A DNA stretch of 64,000 nucleotides. Source: Neoechinorhynchus agilis. Taxonomy: Eukaryota; Animalia; Acanthocephala. The notes beneath the pieces are model-generated. The model did no database searches. It was not told where the DNA came from and was given only the letters and a program-made list of their open reading frames with translations. The position numbers and the translations under genes are program-made. Location of the stretch: positions 16,408,784-16,472,783 of the forward strand of contig CM121341.1 of NCBI GenBank assembly GCA_051530055.1, given 5' to 3'. Positions 1 through 11,800 of the stretch are shown one piece after another. Position 1 is the first letter of the stretch, and the number at the start of each line of letters is the position of its first letter.

Positions 1-1821
1 ATTACCAGACCCAACTGACGAGTCTGCTCTAAAACGTTCAGTTCTACCTCGCTTTTGAGGCGGTTCGCATGGCTCATCCACAATCGTTACTCCTTGTTGG
101 CTTGACTGGATCTTGTTCTTATGGAACTCTTGATTAAATATGACATCTGTACGAGAACAAAAGGTAGTAGATCCACCGTCTAAGATCTGAATAAATTTCC
201 CACCATAAAGCTCCTTACTTATTTGTTTCGCATTTGAACAATCAGGGCCCAGGCTACTTGTTGGAGGAGTTGTTTCGCTAATTGTAGCCCGATCTGATAG
301 ATTTTTTGATTCTGTTGTTACAGTTTCTTCTCCAGCCAAATGTTGTCCATTTGAAGTCTCATGATTCTGTTCATTTGAAGCTAAAGTTGCAACTTGAAGT
401 TCTCCTGGTCGAGGTGGTTCGTCGTGGCATTTGAAGTCGTCGTATTTTCGAAAGGAAATATAACACCGATTACAAATCAGAGCAATTCCCCTTTTCGTTT
501 TTGTGTTGTCCGGAATTGAGTGCCCGAGAGTCTTTAAATATAGATTAAGTGCCGTTCCAACTGCTGCTTCAGAAACCCATTCTGAAGGCTGTTTGTCTGT
601 TTCGCCATATTGACAAATCGTACAAACCCGAGGCGGATCATCCGCTTTATACGAAGAAGCAAGTGCTTGTCGAACTCTCTCAGTGGCCAGCCGAACGCTT
701 GATTTAGACTTTACCAACGATCGCTCAGCTAGAGTTTGTTTGCACAGATACCGAAATGAATCGCCTTCCTCCGTCCGTTTCCAATAATAGTAGAATTGAA
801 CAAGTTCTGCAATTCGTTTATGTGGAAGATAGTCGCGTTTGATTGTATGGAAAAATGGAATATTTCCTGGATTATTAAGGGCGAATTTATAACCCTTTTG
901 AAACTTATCGGTATCGGCATCATTAAAGAATTTGGCAGTTAGAGAAAAGCATCTCCCCAATGATCGTGGTTTTACTGCATTTCCATCAAGAAGTTTTTCA
1001 AGCGCATAATCTGGATCGTATTTACATTGAGTAAGTGTAGCTAAAGCCAAGTTGATTGACTCGTCGCCATGATGAATAAGAGATCTTTTCTGTTCTGATT
1101 TTACGTTTTGATTTATTAAGATGACCATTCTAGCCATTTCGAGATAATGATCGATCTCTTCTTCTGTCAAAGAACAATCTTGTCCACAAAATAGAGGGGT
1201 ATCATCCACATCTTCGCGTTCTTCATCGTATACAACTGGGTCGACATGACCGACTTCAGGAATCTGAGCCTGATAAAGAGGACCGACGTTAACTTTGTTT
1301 TTAAATGAGCACAGTCTTCGATTGTTTGAGTCGTATGAATGCACGACCCAGAAATGATTTGGTTCCGGTATAAAAGCCAAAACTTCAGATACGTTTTTAT
1401 AATTGATAACCAAGCATTTACCGACAATCATTTTCACGGGAACTGAATCCCTTTTGTCAGATTGGAAAAGTTCTCGACACTTGATACTTGGTGAATTGAG
1501 TTTAACAACAAGATGTGGTTGTTCCGTCGTCTCAGAAGCTCGTTCGGTTTCTGCGTCGGTGAGCGCAGTAATTGGAACATCTCGTTTTCGGAGATACCAA
1601 GTGATATAAGCGTATAGGCCAGTTGGATAATCCTTAAATTGTGTTATTTGGGCGATTGAGTACGGATGGCACCGTTTGCCCATGTCAACATAGATGAACT
1701 CCCGGCGGCAATAGGTGTTTCCAGCAGAGTCCGTCCATGAACTGATACGACGATGAGTTCCACCTGAAGTAGCTTTTGAGTTATCACTAGCAGCTGAGTC
1801 TTTTGATCGCGTTGAAACCAT
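1..1821 (-). CDS. RERE: RERE/atrophin-family transcriptional corepressor (BAH-ELM2-SANT-GATA-like ZnF-atrophin), 3'-partial, runs off the window
   Basis: Hand translation from ATG at 1821 gives 607 uninterrupted codons to base 1 with no stop, so it is absent from the ORF track. BAH: YCRREFIYVDMGKRCHPYSIAQI...WYLRKRDVP...IKCRELFQSD...IVGKC. ELM2 start: RRLCSFKNKVNVGPLYQAQIP. SANT: IKRDYLPHKRIAELVQFYYYWKRT. CTIC...CNRCYISFRKY finger. FIQILDGGSTTFCSRTDVIF resembles the RERE FYKHLDRG..CARTDLYF atrophin motif. Confidence 0.85.
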   Translation of the reverse strand, partial: MVSTRSKDSAASDNSKATSGGTHRRISSWTDSAGNTYCRREFIYVDMGKRCHPYSIAQITQFKDYPTGLYAYITWYLRKRDVPITALTDAETERASETTEQPHLVVKLNSPSIKCRELFQSDKRDSVPVKMIVGKCLVINYKNVSEVLAFIPEPNHFWVVHSYDSNNRRLCSFKNKVNVGPLYQAQIPEVGHVDPVVYDEEREDVDDTPLFCGQDCSLTEEEIDHYLEMARMVILINQNVKSEQKRSLIHHGDESINLALATLTQCKYDPDYALEKLLDGNAVKPRSLGRCFSLTAKFFNDADTDKFQKGYKFALNNPGNIPFFHTIKRDYLPHKRIAELVQFYYYWKRTEEGDSFRYLCKQTLAERSLVKSKSSVRLATERVRQALASSYKADDPPRVCTICQYGETDKQPSEWVSEAAVGTALNLYLKTLGHSIPDNTKTKRGIALICNRCYISFRKYDDFKCHDEPPRPGELQVATLASNEQNHETSNGQHLAGEETVTTESKNLSDRATISETTPPTSSLGPDCSNAKQISKELYGGKFIQILDGGSTTFCSRTDVIFNQEFHKNKIQSSQQGVTIVDEPCEPPQKRGRTERFRADSSVGSGN

Positions 1822-4800
1822 TTCTGAAAAAAGGCGATAGGTGGAGGGTAACAGTGGTGGTGGGATATAAGCAGGAAAGGGGAGAATCTGGCTGCTTGAA
1901 AAATAGACAAGCGCCCGTCATCTTGTCAGGAAATGCTATAAAGAACGAGACAGAAACATTACAACGCGACGGTGGTGAGGGCCATCAGATATGAGTTTGA
2001 AGAAATTAGTATTCAATCACAGTACAAGTTGAACACTTGGGAGTATAGTACAAATAAGCAGATAAATTCGGCTAAAGGAACCGGCGGAGCTGAGTTCCGA
2101 TCTTCTCTAAACAGTCGTACATTTATGCGCATTAGAGTCTCGTGCTGGTAGTTTGTAATGTGTCAGACGGTGAGAGTGAGAAAGATAAGGCCGACTGGGA
2201 TCGAGCGGAACTGTGGTGCGTGTGAGATGGACACTTGAATCCACCACCACCATCCATCACGGCCTTTCAAAGACTCAGCTACCTACGCACGCTTTCACCC
2301 TACCCCGAAATGAGTCTTCGCGTGTTTGGAAAACCCCCCCCAGAAAAATCCACTTCCGGGAGAAGAGAATCCTTCGCCAATGAAAGATACTAAATCTATC
2401 CCCGCTTATTTAAGGAAAAATACGACAATTTGCTTCAAAGAGAGCGACCGCTATCGTCGTCTTGGATTAATAGCCGCCATTCTCCACCCAGCGGTACACA
2501 TCAAGCATAAGATCATCTGTAAATATAATAAAAATTAATGAGCCGTATAGATGTCAAAATGCGAAAATGAGTGGATAAACTAATTAATCTGAGAACGAGT
2601 TGAAAAGTCGCTTCGGTGTAGGTGTCAGAGTTGAAATTTTGTTTTTATATATGGCGGTATAAACTTATAAGCTACCTTGTTGGAAAAAACGCTGCCTCCG
2701 AAAATTGTTAAGCTATAAAAAACATGAAAAATTCAATGAGCCAAAACATTGGTCTCGCGATCCAAGGAGGGGACGCAGCGAGTATGATCGCGACCACTGA
2801 GGGGAGAGCGATGCCTCTTCTTCGTGGACGGTGGTGATTGTTTAAACGTTTTGTTGTTGTGTGTGTAAATGTAAAATTCAATCTTCAAACAGAACGTTTA
2901 ATTTTGTACTTTGAGCTGCCACGATCACCGAATTCATATGAAAAAAGAGCGATCGCAATCGAATAATTTTGATCGTTTACGCAAGGCTAAATTGAGAGGA
3001 GGCGACATTTTCTCATTCAAGTCTCACCTTTTTTAGAAATTGAAGATGAAAAATATTTATAGTAGTGATTTTTCAAGTGTGATCTAAACCTTTTTCAAAT
3101 CTTGAAAAAAACACGATGATAACAATCAATTGTCTTGGCTTTAAAGAAGAGTCTAAGAACCTACGATAGAATGAATACTTTGCGAGCTAACCAACGCATT
3201 GCACGCACTTGCACGCCGAGATGCACGTGAATAAGCTGAGGCTACCAATGTAAACTACGTCATCCAATCAGCGTTCAAAGAATTGACTACGGCATTCGGG
3301 TTTTTTGGGAAGATTTCCGTCCCAAGCCGACAATTGAGGAAGTCTAATAAATAAGAAATATTAGTGCTAGAGATAGTTCGGATAAAGATAAGTCGTGAAT
3401 ATAATGATCCCTAGAGAATCTCTTGAGACAAATGGACAAGTGTCGGCTTCTGTGGCTTTAAGTGTACTAAAAGACTCTTGAATGTTTGAGAAGAACGACA
3501 AGGAGATTTTATAAAACACTGTGGTACTTCGGCTTTATAACGAAAAGACGAATCGTTGACTCGTCTTTGTGTAAGAAATGCTGTGAACTCATTTGAGTGT
3601 CGATTAAAAACAAACCACTTTAAAATTACAGACCAATATTAAAGTAGAAGGGCGTCAGCGACTTTTGAAAGCTGCTAATGAAATAGATTTCATCGTCACT
3701 AAGACAAGAAATCAAAGAATACGTTAAAACATTCTTTAAGTTCTTATAGAAGCAATAAATTGATTTTTCAGTGTGAACAATGGTTCATCATTACAACCCC
3801 AATATTTATAATTGATTCTATTATCAAGAGAATCTAAGTGGTTATTGAGCAACAACAGGAAGATGAAGTCAATAAAATTAATTTAGAATAAAATTAGATA
3901 ATGAAGTTTTTGGCTATCTTTTATTTACAAGTCTACACTTGGGAAGTTACTCCAACCGGAAATACTGTGCGAAGAAAGATCATAAGAACGGAAGGAAAAC
4001 ATTCTATTCATGATTGTTATGATTAGCAGTGTAATCTAGGTAGATAATCAAGGATCTTCACAAAAAGCTTCCAATAATTAAGACCTGCCTAAAAATTACC
4101 AAAAAGTCCAAAAGAGAGAAGTTTAAGTCTTGTATTTGATGATTAGTAGGATTTCTTGTTTTTAAAGTGTAGTTCTTGAGCGCGAATAACGGCCTGAATA
4201 AACAAAATAATAAAACTACCAGTGAAAAAAAATTTCTTGATAAAATAGAAGTTTACCGATTCCTGTAAGCACTTATGACTTAACTTAATCAGCATAATAA
4301 TTTAAAAAACTCACATCGTAGCTCTACGAGCAAATTTTTACATGGCGAAAATGGGGGAGCACAATTTGTTTGTATTTAAGGACTCTAAACGCTCGTTGGA
4401 GAGAAAAAATTGCGAAGAACTTGACTGCGCAAAATCAAATCTCTGTCTCACGAACTCAATTTGAGTGCAGATTTATTTTACACGAATGAAAATATTGAAT
4501 TGGGCTAAAAGTTCGTCTTTGGAATCTTGAACAGTTAAAAATAAAGATAAGATAGATCATTTACGACAAAACATGCTCATTTAACTGTTGACAATATTCA
4601 GCATTTTTTACCGAATCAAAAATGCGACTTTAAAATTTTCTAAACGAAACGAACAATGAAAAATTTAGATTTAAAGCTATTAAGAAAATTGGCACTTATT
4701 TTTAAACAGATAGTCGATGTCTGATCTCGCGCATAGATAATAAGTGATTAAGAGTCAAAATATAGATGATGATATTATGGATGCATTCCATTATTAATAA

Positions 4801-4863
4801 GCTTCTTGCTGTGCAAGATGGAATTTAGTTAAAACTGTGAGTGTATTGTTTAAGGAATCGAAA

Positions 4864-4908
4864 ATCACCAGTGGACAATTGGAGTCCGCCTTTTTGTCCA
4901 CTGGTGAT
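4864..4908. repeat. Perfect 15-bp inverted repeat with 15-nt spacer
   Basis: ATCACCAGTGGACAA (4864-4878) and TTGTCCACTGGTGAT (4894-4908) are exact reverse complements. Confidence 0.9.
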
Positions 4909-5148
4909 AAATTGCTATTATTAAACAGCGTTAAAGTTACAATCATCTTTATCCCCTTCCAATTAGACGAAGTGAGTGATCGTGTCCCATTCGTAAACGG
5001 GATTTTTGTGCGTTTCCTTTAGTGTGTGTGTGCTGAAGGTGTCAGGGAAGCGGAGTGGGTTGTCAAGATGTCAAAATGCCCACAAAGAAGCACATAAGGT
5101 GAGAGTGAATTTGATAGAAAATTTCCTTCAACTGGAATTCTTCATATT

Positions 5149-5526
5149 TTGCGTTCTCTTTCTCATTCAATAAAAACAGCCGACATTCTAACCTTTGAAC
5201 AAATGTCTCATCAAAGTAAGTTAGTGTTCTTTGAACGGCAGAAAAGTTTTGTATGTGAAACTGTGTTTCAAAGAAAAGGCAGATTTTCCATGGTTATTCT
5301 CGATCTGACCTTAAATGAAATCTACGTGGTGATTTGCGCCAACAGTAACATATCTGACATGATGTAAGTTGCATTCACATCTATAACATCTACTAGAACC
5401 GAGGACTGCAAGTCTACGTTTGCTGCCAAGATCGATGAACCGGCAAATGATTTAAAGAAGTTTAAATCATTAAAGGGGCTTCTTAATCATCCCTTTCGGG
5501 CAGACGAAAAGTCATTATTCAGCTGA
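5149..5526 (+). CDS. Possible two-exon fragment of a hypothetical gene
   Basis: A candidate 33-nt intron GTAAGT...TACTAG (5364-5396) removes the stop of ORF 5149..5367 and extends the frame to TGA at 5524-5526. No family recognised; true start unknown. Confidence 0.3.
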
Positions 5527-6685
5527 ATGCACGAGGCGTACAAGTTGCTCGTATTTCGCGAGATGTAGATTGTCAGCAGTAAATGGCAGCATATACGAGC
5601 AGCACTTACGTCTCAGCTTGTTGAACTGATCTGTACTATTTAGATCAAAAATATCCTTGTAATTAAAATGTAACACCTTTAAACTCCTTTGAAAAGATGA
5701 ATAGATGAGTGCGGACTATGAAATTGAGTAGAACGCTGGTGTTGTCCGTATCGGCGGGTGTGCGATCCGTCCGACGGGAGCTAACAATAGCAACACTTCC
5801 CATTCCCTTCGATTGCAGAGAATGTCGTCTGCTTCCTCTACAGTCGTTGTGGTGTTAGTGGAAGGCAGTGCCACGAGGCGCGTGGTTGAAGCTTCACACT
5901 AATCAAATAAGACCTGCTTTGGGTTCTCGTGTCATTATGAAATGTTTGTCAGCTTTGACAACTTGAATAGTGTGGCTGCTCACGAGTGTCTGAAGGTGCG
6001 TTTCTTAACCTGACATTTAAATCGGTTCACTAGATTCTGAGAGTGGGCGGGAGTCGGTGGATGATTAGGATAAAACAACGTGTTTGTTCAAACAATTAAG
6101 TACTTCACGCTTTATCTCTAACTCAACAATGGGCCCTTAATAATAAATCTCCGGTTGTTGAATGAAACTTTGAAGTGCCGCATGACCACTCTGCTGGAAA
6201 TGAATCGCTCTTTTTTTATTGTTTTCAAGTACTGCGTGAACGTTTCTATTTCCGCTTTAAGGCAGTTACTGCCATTCCCAATAGCGATTTGAAAACCTCG
6301 AGAATGTTTTGTCTTGTTGTCGTTTTCAACGGTCAGGAACAGAATTGTGAGGACATAATTAACGGTTTAATTTGTTGTCATCAGATACCAAATGACTTGA
6401 AATGATTTTACTAATAGAGTTAGAAAATGCAAGTTGCTATAAAAAATACCTAATCTTCTTGATGGCCAATGCGATGCCGAAAAAATGCTATTTCTAACTA
6501 CTTTTATTATATGTCCTTGACGAAGCATGTGATATATCAAAAAGGATAACATGCCATTCCCGATTTTTTTGCTGAAAATAACAAACAAGCACGTATGTTT
6601 GTTCGAGAATACGTAACTTATTGATACATATACACATGATTCCACAATAATAATTATTATTGTAAAATGTCTTCACCTTTTTTTA

Positions 6686-8246
6686 TTATAAAATTTTTAG
6701 ATAATCAAAAATTAGGCAAAGTTCATACAGGAATTCGGGTCCTTTAATGCGCCAATCTTCACATTGCTCGTTTAAAAATACTTTTAGCGGCGAACTAATT
6801 ATTTCCGTCATTCGCATTTTGGCTTCTGATCTTCCTTTACTATACTTCTTGTCTTCCATGACATTTAAAAATTCCAATTCCTTTACAATCACGTCATAAG
6901 AACTGCTCAAAGTCTCTGGTGCTATAGGACTTGAAATACCATTTAGAAATGTCAAATATCGACAAACTGTGTAGACCGCCCGGTTGCTATATTTTAGATC
7001 AATCACCAAATGCCCTAAAGGGGTTCTCTCTAGTATATTCAGACTTTCATCACAAACGCGATCGATCAATGTCAAAGGTATATTGAGCTTTTGGTTTTCT
7101 TTTATTCGTTTCTGAAATTCTGGATCCATTTTCCTCGCTTCGATCAAACTCATTATTGCTCTCCACTTCTCATATTCCGATTGTTCGTCTTCCTTGTTCT
7201 GCGTTTTAATATCCCCATCGGAATGTTGAGGCACTTGTATCTCCTGTAGCGGAACAATAGGAATTTCACCACTCGTTTCCAAAAAGGAAACCTGTTGACC
7301 TGAAGCATAAATCATTTGATCAAGAATTTGACCAACTTTCGATTGTGCAAGACGAATAAAGACCTTTTGGGGCATTCTCGCTCTTGGCTCGATTTTTATT
7401 CGCTTCGCCCAATAACTTGCAAACCCAATATCAGGAAATCCATTTACTAACTCATCCGGCACAATTATAGCTTCCAACCGTTCCTGGTTTTCAACACCTT
7501 TTTCTTCAATAGAATTTTCATCATCGTTGTGAACACTGTTTTTTTGCTCAGATGCAACGGATAAAGCGTCGACCATGTCACCTTCTTCGCTTTTATTCAC
7601 TAAAAAGCTTTCAGATCCTTCTGGAATCGATGACGGTAAATCAGACATGCTGTTATCATGACCACTGTAAACTGAAGTCTCGATGAATCGACTGACCCAG
7701 TCAAACGAACAAGCTTCTTCTCTCATTCTAAGATAATTATCCCATTCAGAAGCTAAGTAATTGTTCGGTGCAATCTCAACTGGATCCTCTAAATTCCTTT
7801 CAACCGCTTGAGTTCTGTGTGGACCAAAGAAATCTTCTTCTTTGATGAATTTTAGTACTAAACTATGTCGCGTGTTTAAAATGTGAAAAATTAATATACC
7901 TACATTCACATTTGAGAAATTCTTTTAATGTTATGGAAAATTCGATTATTTCATAGGCCAAGTAGAACTCGTGACCGCTTGATGTGCGAAGAACCAAATA
8001 CTTGCAAGATTTTGTGGGTAAATCATCCGCAGATAAAACATAGGATTCTTGCTCCTTCGGTATTTTCTCAGGAAATCTCCTCAATCGTCTCTTAAAATCC
8101 TTTATAAATTCATCCGTCAATCCATGGGCAGGAATTGAGTAGTCAACGTTTGGCAACTGAACTTTCGTTTTATTAACTTTCTTTTTCTTGTCCTTCTTTC
8201 TTTTTGGTCTCGTGTTTTTCCTAGGCATTGGAGTGACCTTCTTCAT
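6686..8246 (-). CDS. Elongin-C/Skp1-POZ-like protein (~507 aa) with Lys-rich N-terminus and a large internal insertion; 2 exons (8246-7900, 7862-6686)
   Basis: A 37-nt GT-AG intron (7899-7863) joins the two track ORFs in frame. YLVLRTSSGHEFYLAYEIIEFSITLKEFL matches Elongin C [48 protein letters not shown] and EFLYELCLIFDYLKI match ELOC [31 protein letters not shown]. Confidence 0.65.
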
Positions 8247-8803
8247 AATCTTATTAATCTAAACCTTTTTTATTTTCCGACGTGCGTTGCTGCGACAACG
8301 TAGTACTTTTGTTTTCACAGTTCGTCCTCAAAAATTATTTCATTTTTAGTGCGATGAAAATTCACACACGAGTGCCACATGGTGATTTTGCTAGAATTTA
8401 TTGTTTTCCTAAGACATCTTTTAACAAACTTTCTTAGATAAAAAACAATAAATCTTTATATTGTATCTGATTCCAATTTTCGGTAACAAAATTTTGATCT
8501 AATTTTTTTCGAACATTTTTGAGTTCATATTTACTTCTTTAAAGCTTGATATACAACCGTAAAAAAGCTGAAATCAAAGTTTAACTCTCGTTCTAAATTG
8601 CGAGAATATTTGAAAATCCAAATTTATTCTTCTGCTGCTGCTTAGGTGAGATTAAAAAAGTTTATGTGTTAGCCTTTGTTTACGTGTCCAACTAAAGGTT
8701 TTCAAAATTGAATGATTATTTTTTTAAGTCACGTTTTACTCCTTTTTAAACTACCAAACGCGTCATAAAACCCCTCCAAGACGACTCACAAAAAGGCAGA
8801 ATA

Positions 8804-8861
8804 ACGCATCGAGTTCCTGTTTTGGTTCGAAATGAGCACATATCCAAATTAGGAAAGGAAT
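8804..8861 (+). repeat. ~58-bp direct repeat, copy 1 (copy 2 at 13474-13531)
   Basis: ACGCATCGAGTTCCTGTTTTGGTTCGAAATGAGCACATATCCAAATTAGGAAAGGAAT versus ACGCATCGAGTTCTTGTTTTGGTTCGAAATGCTAATCTATCCAAATTAGGAAAAGAAT. Confidence 0.85.
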
Positions 8862-11800
8862 ATTCACAAAAGAGTAATTGTTTTCGTACAACGGAAGAGG
8901 TCCTGATCCCTCTACGGTCTTGAACATGTTCATTTTGTTTAATAAAAGGCGACTCAAAGAGAGACAGAATCAAGCATGGGTTACTTTGTTCGGTGTCGCG
9001 TAATTTTTTTCTAAAAAAAATTGCACTCCGAAAAATGATCAAAATAATCAAGCTTCCATTGATCCGGGTACTCCGGATGATGGTGGAGAGGAGAAGATGG
9101 ATGTGGATAATGTTCAATATAAGGTTAGTGAAGGAACAGCAGATGTCGAGTTGTATAACAAGGTTGTGGAAGGTAATAAGGAGGTTATGTTGAAGGACAA
9201 CGTTATAGAGGTGGTTTTAGAGAGTAATCCCCACTAAGGTGAATGTTCTGATTCAGTATTTAGAGGTGTTTTTCGGTTGCCGAGAAGGAGATGATTTTGT
9301 TTTGAAGTTAGTAAAGAGGATTTAGGAGATTTGACGGCAAATGATTTGACGAAGATATATTTTTCGGAAGGTTTAAAACCTAATAACTTTAGTGGTGACA
9401 GAAGGTATCAGATTAAAAAATGTTTTACGACCAAGTGGGCGGTGCTAATGATTTTCTTGGAAGTTGAAGGAATGAAACTAAAAATATTAGGTATAAAAAT
9501 ATATCAAGGAAAGTGTCAGTTTTGGTGCTAAACCCTCTGCCAAACATGTCGAAAGATGAGTTTATATTATTCCAAAACACTTTTGGTCTTGTGCCAATTA
9601 AATATTTGAAAAGGAGTCCTTCTTCTGAGCCTTATGCTTTACTTGTATCGGGCTCGCAGGATGAGGTAGACAAGGTCCAGGGGAGATATTTTGGGTTTAT
9701 GGCATATTGGATTAATTTCGTATCCCGCCAATCGGAGCCGATTTGTGATTACGTTTTAACTCAATGCACCAATTGCTGCAAATGGGGGCATACAAGTTTC
9801 CAATGTGCCAGTCTGGCTAAATGTATGAGATGTGGTGGCCCTCACAACACAATTAATTCCAGTACTTTGTGTTCAGTTAAACCTGCAAATTGTTTAGGAA
9901 ATCATGAGGCATATAGACGCACTTGTACGGCAGCGCTGAATTATTGGAAGATGGCGAAGCCGGGTAATTATATGAAGGGTTATAGTTGGTTTAAACGGAG
10001 GGTGGAAAAGGTGTTGGGGAAAAATTGTCTTCAAGGAGAGGATAAAGTTATGAAAAATAGTTTTCAGGTAGAAGATAAGGTCAAGGAGGAATTGGAAATA
10101 CTTAAAGAGAGGGTTGATAGTTTAAATAAGAAACTCGAGGAGCACTAGTATTTTGCGGTCCAATTAATAGCGATTGAGGGGATGGGTGATTCATATCGTT
10201 TGAGTGGTCGATGGATTATGGCTAATTTATATATTGCGCCAAGAAGACTTACATGCTTTAAGAATAACAGAGGAGTGGTTTAAAACATGGGATCCGGACA
10301 TTATTGTAGGAGACTTGAACTCCAACGGGTTGAGTGGTTTCTCACATTGGGAAGAAGAATACATTTTTCACCTCACTCCTTTCCTATCGTTTCATAATTT
10401 TACAAAATCTGTACATTCTTTTTTGGAGAGTGTTGGGCGGTTTCTAGAGCAGCCTAGAATGGGACATGATCTGATTATCTTTCAGTTGGAACTTATTGAT
10501 CTTAAATCAAGAGTTGTTTGGAACGATGCGACCAGGTTAGTTAATTTTAACAGTTGCTTGCGGGCTGATATGTACAAATTTTCGACAGTAAAATTGTAAG
10601 ACTTAAATAAGATGATATCTGTAGCATCTTCGAGGAACTTAGTGATTTTTTCGCATGTAAGATGTAATATACCGTCGAAAACGGCGCAGTCATTTTATCG
10701 TAGTGCAAGAATTGCAGAGGCAGAGGGTAATGAAAGTTTGCGGGATCAGTGGATGATTCGATTTTACAAAGAAATATTTATTGAAAGTATTAGGAAAGGC
10801 CATGATTTTTTTAAGATCAAATAAATGTATTCAATCAATCTTCATTTCTCGACAATTAACACACTCACCACCTCCCGCCGAATTCCAGCTTTTGTCCTTC
10901 CTCGACCGTCGCCATCACGCTGGCAGCATTGCCCCGTTGTACTGCTAGCGAGATATTTTGTCGAAGGAATACGCCTGCTCTTGAGTCTCCGGTTGCCTCT
11001 CTCAATTTCTTCGAGAGATCCTGGAGCAGAGAGAGTGCCGAGCTGTCTACCCCAAAGGGGACAAAATAGTGAGCCCTCGATAAGTGAAGATATTTCCGTA
11101 TTTTCCTCCCTTCCGCTGCACTGGCGGCACCACCGGTGATTTCGAGGGAGTAGGGGATGTTGCTGGCTGCGAGGGTATCCACACACGTGGCGTCCCAGAG
11201 AAGACATTTGCCCTCCCGCCACGGGAAGACCGAAATTCCATCGGGCCTACGGCCGTCTAGTCTACAGAGGTGGGCGGGTTCCAGGATGTTCGGGAAGTTC
11301 GCCGTTCTCAACGCCCGAGAAATTGCGTTATTGATTTCAGAATGGCGTGAGAACCTTCCTGCTGACCTTCTGCAGACGAGACCGTGTCGCCCGAAAGCAT
11401 CAATCAAAGACCCACATCGACAGCGATGGGGCGTGCATATCGGGAGACCAAGTCTTAAGGATACTGCGATCCTCGTTACCTCGTCAGTAAGAAAAGTTCC
11501 CACTGATACCAGAGGAACAGCCTCCAACCACGCCCCAGATTCTCGTGTTGAAACTGCCAACAGTTTAGCTCGGACGACCCCATCGCGAGAACCGGAAAGT
11601 AGAGAGCTGTGTGCTCTCGCGACAAGAGGTCCGTCCCAGATCGACTGTCTGAGGCCATTCACGGGAACATGGTTAGCGCCTGTCTGCTGGCACCATTCCT
11701 CAACCGCCACCACGAAATCCCGGTCAAGACAGAACTTTTCCTTCAAAATGTTCTTCGAGACTGGTAGGCTCCCCTCAAACGATCCAAGAAAGGCCGGCAA

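Noticed and set aside
729-1994. Short track ORFs in the first 2 kb as separate genes
   Set aside because: They are alternative-frame or antisense overlaps of the single 607-codon RERE frame that exits the window.
5527-6650. Minus-strand exon-like frames downstream of the Elongin-C-like gene
   Set aside because: Several 40-90-codon open stretches, but I could not assemble a consistent spliced ORF or recognise a family.
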